Origin: a virus
Strand: one strand, 5' to 3'
DNA length: 64,000 nucleotides
Virus record (IMG/VR): IMGVR_UViG_3300035105_000276
Span: 32,001 to 96,000 of that record
Both the position numbers and the translations under genes were made by a program. How positions within the stretch are numbered: the stretch's first letter is position 1; every line of letters begins with the position of its first letter. Below, piece by piece: positions 29,914-40,076 of the stretch. A model generated the notes under the pieces. It had not been told where the DNA came from. It saw only the letters and a list, made by a program, of their open reading frames with translations, and made no database searches.

Positions 29914-30306
29914 TTAGATATCAAAGGCATCATAGCCAGGTGGATCGGGTAACTGGCTCTCTACTACCTGCTTTTGCCTCGGCCTCTGAAGTTTTGAAGA
30001 AGACCCGTCCTCCTCAGAATGCCTCAACCCATCGGTTGAATCCGACTGACCCTCCCCTGGCAGTAGTGGAATCATTTCCAGCATCTGCTCCAGCTCATGC
30101 CTGAGAACACGTGTAGCCAGATTCTTGGCCTCAATCTCAGTCTTGGCGGATAGGACCCTGTTTTTTATCCTCAACCCCTGGCATTCAAGTTTGTACTCTT
30201 TTGTTTCTTCATAGAACACAAGCTCCACCAGGATAGGGAAGTCCCTGAAAATCCAGGAAGCTCCCTGCCCAGGCACAGAAGGGCCCACAGACCACACACC
30301 TGTCAT
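29914..30306 (-). CDS. Hypothetical protein
   Basis: ATGA-coupled to the upstream gene. Confidence 0.5.
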   Translation of the reverse strand: MTGVWSVGPSVPGQGASWIFRDFPILVELVFYEETKEYKLECQGLRIKNRVLSAKTEIEAKNLATRVLRHELEQMLEMIPLLPGEGQSDSTDGLRHSEEDGSSSKLQRPRQKQVVESQLPDPPGYDAFDI

Positions 30307-31280
30307 GCTGTACATTGAACTCTCTCCAAAGTAGTGACAAGGTGGCCGTACCTGTCAGAAATTTCCCCAGCATCCGGCCAGTTAAACACTGAGAGAAAGC
30401 CTGGCAGATTTACCCTGCAAAGCCTTTCACTTTCTTCAGCTGTTTTTCGCAAAATGGAATCGTGGATCTCAGGAGGTATATAGTCAAAATCAATCAACAT
30501 CCGGTTTCTTCTGTACCTGTGACACAGGCCCTGCTTTTTTACGAAATCCTGAAGAGTCCCTTTGTCCAGAAGTTTCTGAGCTGTTTTAACACCGAATGGG
30601 GGTTTTCGCCTCCCAGTCCAATCTTCACTCGCCGCGGTTTTGATATTGAAAACATTATCCTTCCCGCCCTGGCCAGTCAAAACTGACAGCTCAAGGAAAT
30701 GCTCCACATCCTGGCACATTGTATTACACCCGGCAATTTTGAGTTCTTTCGGAAAAGTAACAAAACCCGGAGTAGGGGGCCGGCTGACATGAACATTTGG
30801 GTATTTCAACAGCTGCAGATAATCTGCATCAGCACTTTGGATATACACAGACTGTCCCCTCTCGGCGGACTGGGCTGTTAACACTGCAATAATATCGTCT
30901 GCTTCAGCCCCATGCACCTCCAGTATGTTGAGCGGGAGAAAAGCCCGCACTCTTTGTTTAAACTCATCCAGAGTGTAAAGCACTTTTTCCCAGGGTACAT
31001 TCGGATTCGGAACTCTGTCCGCTTTATATAAAGGATACTGGAATTTTCGCCAGTTAGGAGTTTTCATGTCACACGCCAGAATCACTTCTGCATGCACATT
31101 TTTCCATTCATGAATCATGGCCTCCAGTGCAAAATCCAAAACTCCCAGCAGTATCTCCTTCTGCCACGTAGACAGATCGATGAACCGGTAATCGGTGGCA
31201 TTAATCTTGGGTTTGAAAAGAGACCGCATGTACAGCCAGTTGAAGTCAATTAAAATCCTGGTTTTCAAATCAGTGGTCAT
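30303..31280 (-). CDS. 5'-3' exonuclease / flap endonuclease (T4 RNase H-like)
   Basis: LIDFN, ACD, NWRK..YPLYKADR, GAEADDIIA, SADADYLQL, G..KDNV, RNRMLIDF..IP. Confidence 0.9.
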   Translation of the reverse strand: MTTDLKTRILIDFNWLYMRSLFKPKINATDYRFIDLSTWQKEILLGVLDFALEAMIHEWKNVHAEVILACDMKTPNWRKFQYPLYKADRVPNPNVPWEKVLYTLDEFKQRVRAFLPLNILEVHGAEADDIIAVLTAQSAERGQSVYIQSADADYLQLLKYPNVHVSRPPTPGFVTFPKELKIAGCNTMCQDVEHFLELSVLTGQGGKDNVFNIKTAASEDWTGRRKPPFGVKTAQKLLDKGTLQDFVKKQGLCHRYRRNRMLIDFDYIPPEIHDSILRKTAEESERLCRVNLPGFLSVFNWPDAGEISDRYGHLVTTLERVQCTA

Positions 31281-32301
31281 AGACTTTCCCCTTGGTTCGC
31301 GTACACCTCAAGCCATATACACTTTGCTCAAGCCTGTCTACCCTCCTTGCAAGGTCAGACACATAGCTATACATGTCCTGTAGAAAGTCAGCTGAACTTT
31401 CACGGATGAGATCTTTCTCAGCCTCGGAATCGCCTTCGCTTTCGTCTGTTTCTGCCCACATCTCCTCTCCCGTGAAATATGCTTTGCAAACTTCCAGTGC
31501 ACCGGAAAGGGTATTTCCACGTTCAGGATCCACAAATGGGGCAGCACTGTCGATTACATCCACAAGAGTAGGTACCCCCTCGTGAGGAATAGAGATCACC
31601 CCATCTAACAGCAGGTACTCACATTGTTCTGCGTCTTCGAGTAGACTCACAATAATATTGTGCCCCTGATTCAAAGTATCTGCATGCCATGCGATATCCT
31701 TAAAATAATAGGTTATTGCCGGCTCATTGGCATTTGGGCCAAGCAGATACTCTGTGATACTCCGAACAGACCACCAAACCTTTTTGGATACCGTATTGAA
31801 GTACCCCTCGATTAAACATGAGTTTTCAAGTACTGTCGTACTAAACGGTACCCATGGCCCATCACCTACGGAAGGCGAAGTTCTGTTAACGGCAGGTTCC
31901 TCATCTTCGTTTTCGCCTTTTAAGTACGAAGAGGTCTGACTTATAGCATCAACCCAGGCAATATGCTCCACAAGGTTGTAAGCTCTGGGGGTACCCATAC
32001 GTTTCAGAGCCTCTATCAGACAATCTGATCTCCCCATGCGGCAGGTTAAAACCTTTGTGGTAAATTTAGGGGTATCACCCCCATCAAAATCTGCAAGAAG
32101 TCTCTTAATCCTTGCATTTTTATTGTTTCGTACATTGTAGGTCAGTTCTGCATTGTACCGGCTGCACCCCATTGCTCTTGTGATATCACGTAGTACCCAC
32201 CATGCCTGGTCGTCACCATGGAAGTATACCCCTTGGATATAGTGCCCATTGAACATTATTTGATACGTAGATCGCATGTCCATGCTCGTGCTCTCGGTCA
32301 T
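31270..32301 (-). CDS. Hypothetical protein with two Bro-N-like repeats
   Basis: F.G..I.G....AWWVLRDI and I.GYF..VWWSVRSI. Confidence 0.5.
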   Translation of the reverse strand: MTESTSMDMRSTYQIMFNGHYIQGVYFHGDDQAWWVLRDITRAMGCSRYNAELTYNVRNNKNARIKRLLADFDGGDTPKFTTKVLTCRMGRSDCLIEALKRMGTPRAYNLVEHIAWVDAISQTSSYLKGENEDEEPAVNRTSPSVGDGPWVPFSTTVLENSCLIEGYFNTVSKKVWWSVRSITEYLLGPNANEPAITYYFKDIAWHADTLNQGHNIIVSLLEDAEQCEYLLLDGVISIPHEGVPTLVDVIDSAAPFVDPERGNTLSGALEVCKAYFTGEEMWAETDESEGDSEAEKDLIRESSADFLQDMYSYVSDLARRVDRLEQSVYGLRCTRTKGKVYDH

Positions 32302-32654
32302 TAAATTTCTCCTTCAGTGAGTAATCGGACTGTTGGTAAAGGTACGCCTGACACAGGGAACGGGTCTCTCCCATTGGACCAGGCGTGTTTGACAACTGAC
32401 ATTATTTCATACGCCAATTTAGCTTTAACTTCCGTATCGTCGTGAGCTATCCCCGGCCCTCCGTTTTCAGGGTGCTCTTTGAATATGTATCTTCTGGTAA
32501 AGCTGTGAATCGCTCTTCGTTCTTTCCAGGTCAATTCCCTGAAATTTTCCATAACAGCATCGATCTGACCCAGATGCAGCCGAGTATAGGTCTCCAGGGC
32601 TTGGCATAGGGCTTGGGCCTGCTGCTTATCTATGGTTAATTGTAATTTTTCCAT
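32301..32654 (-). CDS. Hypothetical protein
   Basis: AGGAGG RBS; ALETYTRLHLGQ. Confidence 0.65.
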   Translation of the reverse strand: MEKLQLTIDKQQAQALCQALETYTRLHLGQIDAVMENFRELTWKERRAIHSFTRRYIFKEHPENGGPGIAHDDTEVKAKLAYEIMSVVKHAWSNGRDPFPVSGVPLPTVRLLTEGEI

Positions 32655-32681
32655 TGGTAAAAATCCTCCTTTTGATAGAGA

Positions 32682-32707
32682 ATGCGCGGTTTTTCAGATT
32701 AGTGAAG
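32682..32707 (-). promoter_or_regulatory. Class B phage promoter motif
   Basis: CTTCAC-12-CCGCGCAT. Confidence 0.55.
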
Positions 32708-32763
32708 TGTTGGATTGACTGGAATTTGAATTTTTTTGAGATTAATCGTTTTTGAGTATTTTC

Positions 32764-33243
32764 TCAGGCCACTCCTGTGTGCCCGAATCCGTTGTTTCCT
32801 CGATCAGATTGAAAAGCTGAAAAAGCGTCTTCATTTAATTCAGGGAAAAAATGGGGGGCACAAATATCCAATAATTTCCTAACCGGAACAGTTAACGAGA
32901 AATCGAACACAATCTGTGCTACCCTGTCCCCAATCAAAATCTGCATCGCTTTGTCAGAGTGATTATAAAGGCGCACCTTCACCTCCCCCATGTATCCATG
33001 GTCAATTACCCCAGCGTTGGATGCTTCGATAGTGTAATTCATGGCCATTCCAGATCTGCTCTGAATAACTCCCTTAAACCCGGCCGGGATCACAATATGC
33101 AGGCCGGTGCTCAAAACTTCTGAGGTTCTCGGGTACAAAACAGTTGCCTGGCCGGATCGGATATCCCAGCCGGCATCGTGAGGATACTTTTTGATGAGGT
33201 TATTGCCTTTGTGCTCAGGGATTTCATTGAATTGGTAGAACAT
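32764..33243 (-). CDS. dut: Trimeric dUTPase
   Basis: DAGWD, RSG, GVIDHGYMGE, GDRVAQ, RG.NGFGHTG. Confidence 0.93.
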   Translation of the reverse strand: MFYQFNEIPEHKGNNLIKKYPHDAGWDIRSGQATVLYPRTSEVLSTGLHIVIPAGFKGVIQSRSGMAMNYTIEASNAGVIDHGYMGEVKVRLYNHSDKAMQILIGDRVAQIVFDFSLTVPVRKLLDICAPHFFPELNEDAFSAFQSDRGNNGFGHTGVA

Positions 33244-33275
33244 GCTTATTTTTTCCTTTCGTGAGTTTTAGTTTT

Positions 33276-33818
33276 TCAAATCGGCCCAGATGAGTTTGAC
33301 AAAAATCCAGAACCTTCCCATTCTTCCTCCTCCGTTTCTTGTGAGTCACCTGGTATTTCTGATATAGTATCAATGGGGAGTACTTCTCCCTCAATCGACC
33401 CCGTTGTGATCTCCTCCCGCATGATTGCGTAAAACACATTTTTGGCCAGAGCATAAAGATCAATAAAATCCTCTGCTGGATCCAAATTGGTACCTTCAGA
33501 TATGAATATAATCGGATCTTCGCTGACCCTTTTAGGGGTACTTAGCTTGCACATGCATGGCAGGTTGGACCAACCCCCTCTCACAATCTTCTGGTGAAGC
33601 TCCTGGTATGTACACCGTACAGGTACTTCGTTTTTACCAGGGAATTGGTCTTTGAAATATCTGTCCAGCTCCTGGAGCACCCTGGTAATGTATGGGACCT
33701 CATACGGGCTCTGCTTCACGATCCAATATGCAAAAGCCGCAATAATGTCAGACCTGTAAAGCCAGAAAGCACAGCCCTGGTAGCCCTGGGATATGTCTCT
33801 GTTACACAGTAACGACAT
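33276..33818 (-). CDS. Hypothetical protein
   Basis: Start at MSLLCNR after AGGAGG. Confidence 0.6.
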   Translation of the reverse strand: MSLLCNRDISQGYQGCAFWLYRSDIIAAFAYWIVKQSPYEVPYITRVLQELDRYFKDQFPGKNEVPVRCTYQELHQKIVRGGWSNLPCMCKLSTPKRVSEDPIIFISEGTNLDPAEDFIDLYALAKNVFYAIMREEITTGSIEGEVLPIDTISEIPGDSQETEEEEWEGSGFLSNSSGPI

Positions 33819-33837
33819 AGCACCTCCTTTTAACAAA

Positions 33838-34134
33838 TTAATAAAGGTTCTCTGAATAAAGTTTCTTACCATCCCCGCCAACACGGCGGAGTATCTGTCT
33901 GTTTTTCTCCGCCAATACCCAAGCCTCTTCCCGGGTATAAAATTTTCCGAACTGGTCCACAAATCCTTGAATCGCCTGGCCGCCCTCTGGGTAAGTATCT
34001 CTGATGGAGGCTAACATAAACTCATCAAAGTGCCTGATAGATACCACAATGCGTCCACTGGGTAACATACAGGCAGCACAGACTATTCTTGGCCCTATCA
34101 CTGTATCAATTTGAGCCATATCCGAATTAATCAT
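33838..34134 (-). CDS. Conserved phage hypothetical protein
   Basis: IVCAA..RHFD..QGFVDQFG.FYTREEA..LYSENLY. Confidence 0.7.
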   Translation of the reverse strand: MINSDMAQIDTVIGPRIVCAACMLPSGRIVVSIRHFDEFMLASIRDTYPEGGQAIQGFVDQFGKFYTREEAWVLAEKNRQILRRVGGDGKKLYSENLY

Positions 34135-34411
34135 CGAATTCCCTGTCCTCTCCCCTTGATACACCCTCAGGGTACTTGATTTTAAATGGGAAATCCTCCT
34201 GAAATCTGTACTCAAATTCCGGGCCCAAACACCTCTTAGGGATGAACATTGGCCTGGGGGGTCTGCAATACTCGTACTTAATGCACGCGAACATTGCAGC
34301 CTCCCGTACCTCAGACGGGGTAAACTCTGCCTGGTGAATCAAATTCTCCATAGTGTCAACCAGCATTCGATACTTTGGGTCGTTTTGATATTTTTCTTGG
34401 GGTGTTTTCAT
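34127..34411 (-). CDS. Hypothetical protein
   Basis: Coupled ORF. Confidence 0.6.
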   Translation of the reverse strand: MKTPQEKYQNDPKYRMLVDTMENLIHQAEFTPSEVREAAMFACIKYEYCRPPRPMFIPKRCLGPEFEYRFQEDFPFKIKYPEGVSRGEDREFDD

Positions 34412-35562
34412 AGCAGAGCCTTTGCAATTGCACACCTCAAAGCCCACTTCTTGCGATCTTTCGGTGGTAATTTTTCAAATGGTATACTGACACTTACGAA
34501 CGGCAGAGCAATCCACTTTTTGTAGAGTTGCTTCGGAGTAATACTAGGGACGTCAATTACACTGGCAGCCAGGTACATCTCAGTCTGTCTGTTTATCCCA
34601 TGCTGATCCTCCCAGGTTCCTGGATCCGATTCACTGTATACTTTGCACCCCATTGCACGTAAAGCTTCATGGGTAGTTAACGCAGTGAGTTCTACAGGCC
34701 CGGTAGGGTCTGATGTTGCTTCTGTAACATGAGTTTCATCCCTAGACTCCAGTATAATTGAGTCATGCAAAACTTCCATTTTAAGGTTAAGTTTTTTTGC
34801 GAGATTTGCCATATCATTCATATAAGTCTCTGCACAGAACTCAGCGAGCCTGGCTTGCTTTTCCATATTGCTTAATGCCCTGGCACTGGGGGTTCCCTGC
34901 TTCTCCGTTTCGTCCCCCTCCCCCTTCGCCGGCTGAATCCCCTGGGAATTATCCACCTGCACAAATGTGCCTTTCCCATAGCTGATGAATAATTTGTCTT
35001 TCCGACGGTAGGACACTTCTTCAAGCCAGATAGGCATTGATGTGCACACCCCCCACGGGCTACTACCCCTCCTACACTCCCACAATTCCCACGGTTCTTT
35101 GCATATCGCGGCATCTTCTGCGAATTTTTTCATAGCCTCTGCGTGGATATGGGTTTCAGTCTCATCAGGCATAGGGTAACTGGTAAAGGATTTGTCCTTT
35201 TTGCGGTACACTGTATCTGGCAGAAATCGGGGCCCGGATATTAAAGAAATATCCTCCCAACCCTTGCCTTCAACATAGTACTCCCACTGGGCAGGGGGTG
35301 TATTAAAAACCATATTATCCGCAGCATACACGAATTTTGCGATTGTATGAGGTTTGAGTCCTGAATGCGGATTCGCCGGATCTGACTCAAAAGACAGATC
35401 TTTTTTTCTATATTTTGTAGCTCTGTTCCACGCAGGTTTCGCAGTCACAAGTTCCCATGCATCTCTAACCCAGAACTCCCATTGGGTCCACGGATTGTCG
35501 AGGTACAATTCTTCGATGGCGTACAGAACTTTTGCAATTGCATGTGGTGTTTTATTTTTCAT
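34408..35562 (-). CDS. Hypothetical protein with three tandem ~60-aa Trp-rich repeats
   Basis: H..A....PW..WE..W...P.W...YR(K/R)KD three times. Confidence 0.7.
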   Translation of the reverse strand: MKNKTPHAIAKVLYAIEELYLDNPWTQWEFWVRDAWELVTAKPAWNRATKYRKKDLSFESDPANPHSGLKPHTIAKFVYAADNMVFNTPPAQWEYYVEGKGWEDISLISGPRFLPDTVYRKKDKSFTSYPMPDETETHIHAEAMKKFAEDAAICKEPWELWECRRGSSPWGVCTSMPIWLEEVSYRRKDKLFISYGKGTFVQVDNSQGIQPAKGEGDETEKQGTPSARALSNMEKQARLAEFCAETYMNDMANLAKKLNLKMEVLHDSIILESRDETHVTEATSDPTGPVELTALTTHEALRAMGCKVYSESDPGTWEDQHGINRQTEMYLAASVIDVPSITPKQLYKKWIALPFVSVSIPFEKLPPKDRKKWALRCAIAKALL

Positions 35563-36140
35563 TTCATTTTCCCTTTCTCTTTTATAATGGTTTCACATTT
35601 TTCCCAGCACACCTTTATCACCTGAGCATCCCATAACGCATTATGCTTCTCAACACCACATCCCAGATCCAGCCCGGAGTACTCTTCTCTGTTGATATCC
35701 GGGTCTACACCCACTGCATAGAGCAGCGTGCATAGATCAAAAGGTATGTAATGCACTTGGTCGGGTATATTGAAGGCATGCCCCCACATTTGATTGAACA
35801 GAACCCAGTCATAAGACAGGCAGTCAGATATTATCTGAACAAAGTCATATGGCTCAATGAACCTTTCAAATTCTGCGCGGATACGCTCAGTACCCCCAAG
35901 GACTTCAACGTTGCCTAGTGGTGAGGATGCTGTGAAAGGCTCGGGCCCCTGCATAATTAATCTCATATGAGGTACAACATTAGCCTCGAACCAGACATTG
36001 TCTTCAGTTGTGGCAAATCCGTCTCTGAACCCGGGGCATTCTGCATAGAATGTTTTGTTATCTTCTGTTACAGCGCCCAGGCTTACCAGTTTGGTGTGTT
36101 GGTGCAGACCGGTGAATTCTGTGTCTATGAAAATTTTCAT
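35559..36140 (-). CDS. DEDD 3'-5' exoribonuclease (Rv2179c-like)
   Basis: IFIDTEFTGL, SLGAV..FYAE, YDWV, HNALWDA. Confidence 0.8.
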   Translation of the reverse strand: MKIFIDTEFTGLHQHTKLVSLGAVTEDNKTFYAECPGFRDGFATTEDNVWFEANVVPHMRLIMQGPEPFTASSPLGNVEVLGGTERIRAEFERFIEPYDFVQIISDCLSYDWVLFNQMWGHAFNIPDQVHYIPFDLCTLLYAVGVDPDINREEYSGLDLGCGVEKHNALWDAQVIKVCWEKCETIIKEKGKMK

Positions 36141-36351
36141 TTCTTGGCCTCCTCCGCTCGGTCCTTCCAAAGGATAAACCGCTCGTTGGCCTCAATGTAT
36201 TTTCTGGTCAATTCTTCTTGAGTGAATTGGTGCCACTCTGCTGAGCTGGAGTACCGGCAGCATAGAATTCCATCTATAACTTTTTCCTCGTAATACATTA
36301 TGTCATTACCCTCTTTTGTTTATGGTGGTATGTGGAAAGCAAAGTAATTCC

Positions 36352-36942
36352 TTACCAATCGCTCTCTGCGTCAGTCATCCTGGGAGAACCTATTGCAACC
36401 TGTGAAAAGCAGGCTGCCTTCACAACGTTACCACAGTGCCTGCACCGGAAATTTTTAATTCCACCCCCATACACTTCTGTGTGTCGGTACACTACCCTAG
36501 GTATGAAGTTACGCCCATGGCAATAGGGGCATTCCAGTGGGTCTTGTGCTTTGTTATCCTCTTGCTTTTCAGCTTCCCTTTCAGGCCAACCAGCGCTCAG
36601 AGCATCTACCTCAATTTCCATGGAGATAACGTCTCCCTCTGTGAAGTAACATACGCAGAACCCATGGTGCTGTAACTGTGTGGTTGCCAAGACGCGCTGC
36701 CCATGATATTTGTGGAACTTCTGCAGACCTGACGGCTGATTTACCCAATATCTTTGCATTCTGTGCCCCTCCTTATTGGGGGTTGAGTCTCTTTTTTCCA
36801 ATTCTTTAGCGTGATCCCCATAGATATCCAAACCGCTGATACCATACTCTGTCATTATATACCTAGGAGTTTCTCTAAACTTTTTACACCTGCGTTCGTA
36901 CATACTTTCGTCATAGGCTATTGCAGCCATCATATCTGACAT
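36352..36942 (-). CDS. Hypothetical protein with C-terminal zinc ribbon
   Basis: CPYC..CRHC. Confidence 0.55.
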   Translation of the reverse strand: MSDMMAAIAYDESMYERRCKKFRETPRYIMTEYGISGLDIYGDHAKELEKRDSTPNKEGHRMQRYWVNQPSGLQKFHKYHGQRVLATTQLQHHGFCVCYFTEGDVISMEIEVDALSAGWPEREAEKQEDNKAQDPLECPYCHGRNFIPRVVYRHTEVYGGGIKNFRCRHCGNVVKAACFSQVAIGSPRMTDAESDW

Positions 36943-37441
36943 ACTCTTTCTCCTTTATTGCGAACCCACGTAATCTATTACTCAGATCAGTCCCCCCTAA
37001 CCTCCCATAAGGTGAAGCCCAATTGTCTGCTACCGCCTGTCTCCATTCTTCTGGAGTTATACTGTCCACTTTGTCCAGGAACAATTTTAATAACCATATA
37101 GGAGGTAGGAGCCAGGAATAATCATCGGGTGCTTCTAATTTGGACAGGGGAAGATTATGCTGTTCAGCATCTTTTCTGGAATGCCCAACAATAAAATTAA
37201 AAGCTTTTTGTCCAAATAATCGCTTCCCTATTTTAGCTCCCAGGAGGCTATGGCCTAAATTTGTACCGTCAGTTATGTGGTTCATCCCTATGTACCCAAC
37301 ATCGTGCACCAAAATGCATATAAACTGCCAGAATTTAGGCCACTCCCTGTACAATTTAACCCACGCAATTATGACAAATACGGAGTGCAAAACGGAATGA
37401 GATCCGAATAAGACTGATTTTGTACCCTCTGATAATCTCAT
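36911..37441 (-). CDS. HD-domain-like protein
   Basis: H..H..VHDVGY..H..GA..GHSR..D. Confidence 0.6.
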   Translation of the reverse strand: MRLSEGTKSVLFGSHSVLHSVFVIIAWVKLYREWPKFWQFICILVHDVGYIGMNHITDGTNLGHSLLGAKIGKRLFGQKAFNFIVGHSRKDAEQHNLPLSKLEAPDDYSWLLPPIWLLKLFLDKVDSITPEEWRQAVADNWASPYGRLGGTDLSNRLRGFAIKEKEYVRYDGCNSL

Positions 37442-37968
37442 GATACCTTCTCCCCCTTCTTCCTTGCAGTTTTACAGACATAATTCTGCCACCAGTCCCT
37501 CCACTGAAGTACGCGACTCTGTGTCAGGTGTACCACACCGTCACTGAGCCAACCCAACTCCATGTCTGAGTTTTGCCATGAAAACTCTGGGAAAATTTTG
37601 CACCCTGGTTTCCATCTCCGGTACTTTGTGCCGATTTGAGGTGCGTTCACTTCCGGCATTGGCAGCTTCACTCCACCGATATTGATAGTAGGGTGCAGAG
37701 TTTCAAATGTTTCCGGGCAAGTACGCGCGAAAGGGTACCATTTACAGTTTGCCAAAAATCTGTGAACTATATCTTTACCTTTGGCCACCCTCCTGATCCT
37801 ATGGGGACCTTCCCAAGTATCCCCCATTGTTGAGACCTCAACCGGTTTATCAATAAAGGGTGAAATTTCTCTCCAGTTAAGCGCTGAGAAGTACTTAGGT
37901 TCAAACTCCTGCTTTTTATGGTGATACTCGTGCTCTTCACTTAAAGACTTTTCTTTTTCATGTGCCAT
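37438..37968 (-). CDS. Hypothetical protein, paralog of 40077..40925
   Basis: Shares FEP.YFS.LN, HPT...GG.KLPMPEV.AP and G.VHLT..W..WW. Confidence 0.65.
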   Translation of the reverse strand: MAHEKEKSLSEEHEYHHKKQEFEPKYFSALNWREISPFIDKPVEVSTMGDTWEGPHRIRRVAKGKDIVHRFLANCKWYPFARTCPETFETLHPTINIGGVKLPMPEVNAPQIGTKYRRWKPGCKIFPEFSWQNSDMELGWLSDGVVHLTQSRVLQWRDWWQNYVCKTARKKGEKVS

Positions 37969-38247
37969 TCTTCGTTACCTCCTGTATTATTAGAACTGTC
38001 AAAGTCCCTTCCGATTAATGAACCCCTTCAAACCTACGCATAGGGACTACAATCTGTTCCAGGCACTCAACTGGAACGATAGGGTGTCCGGTACCAGAAT
38101 CCTGTTAGGCAATTCAAGCCAGGTCCAGTAACCTCGGGGTGACTCTCCTTGTGCTTCAAAAGAACGTATCTTCGTTCTGAAAAAAACCTTTAGTTTCCGT
38201 TGTGATTACTGTGCGTCCATCTATTTCTTCTTTTGAGACCATTTTCA

Positions 38248-38652
38248 TCATGATTCCCTCTCCTTTTCACAAATACCCTGTTTGACATTTCGTACCATGG
38301 CCCATGCACAGAGATCCCGTTTCATATAAAATACCGGAATGCCCAGTTCCTCAGCTCTGGCTATCTCTTTTAACGTACCATCCGACTTTTCCCATCCAGG
38401 TAGCACCAGCACGCAGTCAGAAACCTCCAGCCAGGCCAGGGAGTACTCATAGAACTGCTGCACAGTGAACTCATCATCCGGACGGTCTGTGATAAACGTA
38501 TGGTCATGCCATGGGCAGAATGGGGCGAATCCCATAGAAAACAGCAGGGCACAGGCTTGCTGTCCGTGTCCGATATTGCGCAGAACATCGAGCACGTTAT
38601 CTGCCGAGTAACAGCCGGCTACGTATACCCGTGTTTTGTTAGCCATTGTCAT
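38248..38652 (-). CDS. DUF4406 / nucleoside deoxyribosyltransferase-like protein
   Basis: VYVAGCYS, PFCP, LPGWEKS.G..E..A..LGIPV. Confidence 0.75.
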   Translation of the reverse strand: MTMANKTRVYVAGCYSADNVLDVLRNIGHGQQACALLFSMGFAPFCPWHDHTFITDRPDDEFTVQQFYEYSLAWLEVSDCVLVLPGWEKSDGTLKEIARAEELGIPVFYMKRDLCAWAMVRNVKQGICEKERES

Positions 38653-38683
38653 TGGTGTATTTCTCCTAAGTTAAGTCTATTTC

Positions 38684-39103
38684 TCAGTTTATCCTGGAAA
38701 GCTTGGCTTTCTTCATCTGTAACTCGTTAAACATCTGATGCCGTAGCCCTTTATTATTAAGGGCTTTATTCACAGTTTTCACGAATATCGATTCGGATCG
38801 CTTTGGTAAGAAACTCCGCACGACAGAGTCAACGATACTCAGGTCTGCTTCACACCTGTATACGAGTTCCCTGCACAACCGTCTCTCAGCATTTAATGTG
38901 CGCCATGCGAATTTTCTTTCAAAGTCAACAAAGTCCGGGACATCTGGTTTTGATTGTGCGAGTGCTTTATTCATGGCGTATGAGTACATCATACCAATTA
39001 AGATACCTATCCCATAGAATAGGGCTAGCTCCAAATCTAAGAATAGTACACACAAGACGTATTGAGTCAAAAAAGCCAACCACCCTATAATAGCCAATTT
39101 CAT
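38684..39103 (-). CDS. Membrane protein
   Basis: Two N-terminal hydrophobic segments. Confidence 0.55.
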   Translation of the reverse strand: MKLAIIGWLAFLTQYVLCVLFLDLELALFYGIGILIGMMYSYAMNKALAQSKPDVPDFVDFERKFAWRTLNAERRLCRELVYRCEADLSIVDSVVRSFLPKRSESIFVKTVNKALNNKGLRHQMFNELQMKKAKLSRIN

Positions 39104-39447
39104 ACTACCTTACCTCCCTCCCCACAAGCAGCTTCTTTCTTAGTAAAACCAGGATCAGCGAATGAAAATTTCAAGGTATTTCCAAGGAACTCTCTCACCT
39201 GTTTCTCCGCTTCATTGAAAATGGCTGTTCGAACGGGATTAACCTCATACTGATTATTCTTTGCCTGATTGATAAGTCCACTGGCCACCTCATCTTCGAT
39301 TGTCCTTTGTATAACCCCGTCCTGGTTCAAATATTTATTCACGGTTTCCCGGACAATGGATTTGACTTCATCCCGGATTGACTCCCTGGTGAGGCCCAGT
39401 TCGTTCATTAAAATTTGCCTAACCTGATTTGTCGTCTTTTTGTCCAT
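39100..39447 (-). CDS. Hypothetical protein
   Basis: MDKKTTNQVRQILMNELGLTRE. Confidence 0.55.
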   Translation of the reverse strand: MDKKTTNQVRQILMNELGLTRESIRDEVKSIVRETVNKYLNQDGVIQRTIEDEVASGLINQAKNNQYEVNPVRTAIFNEAEKQVREFLGNTLKFSFADPGFTKKEAACGEGGKVV

Positions 39448-40076
39448 TTTATTTCCCTCATTATTAATATTCCTGATTACAGCATGTCCCTCCGATCCCA
39501 AATCAATTAAATAATTTCCAAACTTTCTCTCTGAATCATTAACATTCATTGGCACTACAATTTACCCCTTTTTTATACCCTTTTTCCTATTAAAAATTAG
39601 ACCCGATCCAATAAAATAAAGGAGCGGCAAAAGATACCCCAAAGATAAAACCAACCATTACCGCTTGTGTCTGTCCACCCATCATCATTCACCATCACTT
39701 TTCTATTTATGTTTCAGTTGTCGGCTTAACTTCTTGTATTCAAGTTTTGGCTGATTTTTCCAAAACTCAAGCTTTTCATAGCCTCCTCATCAAGTGTTTC
39801 ATTGAAAACACTTTTCAAAGACCGTTTATAGTCATCTTACAAATTATTCCGGATGGTATCGAACTCTTACCCCTTTGATCCAATTATAAAAGATATCCAT
39901 CCAACCATATGCATATCGCCATTGCTGCATTCCATCCTGTAATGGCCACGGTTCGTTTATCTGAAATTTTCTATAAAATGGATACTTCATCATTCACTCC
40001 TTTTTTTCCATAGGTACTTTTGAATATCGAGCACAAATCCTGCTGTCTTTCCGTTATCCGCAGGACATGTGGTATT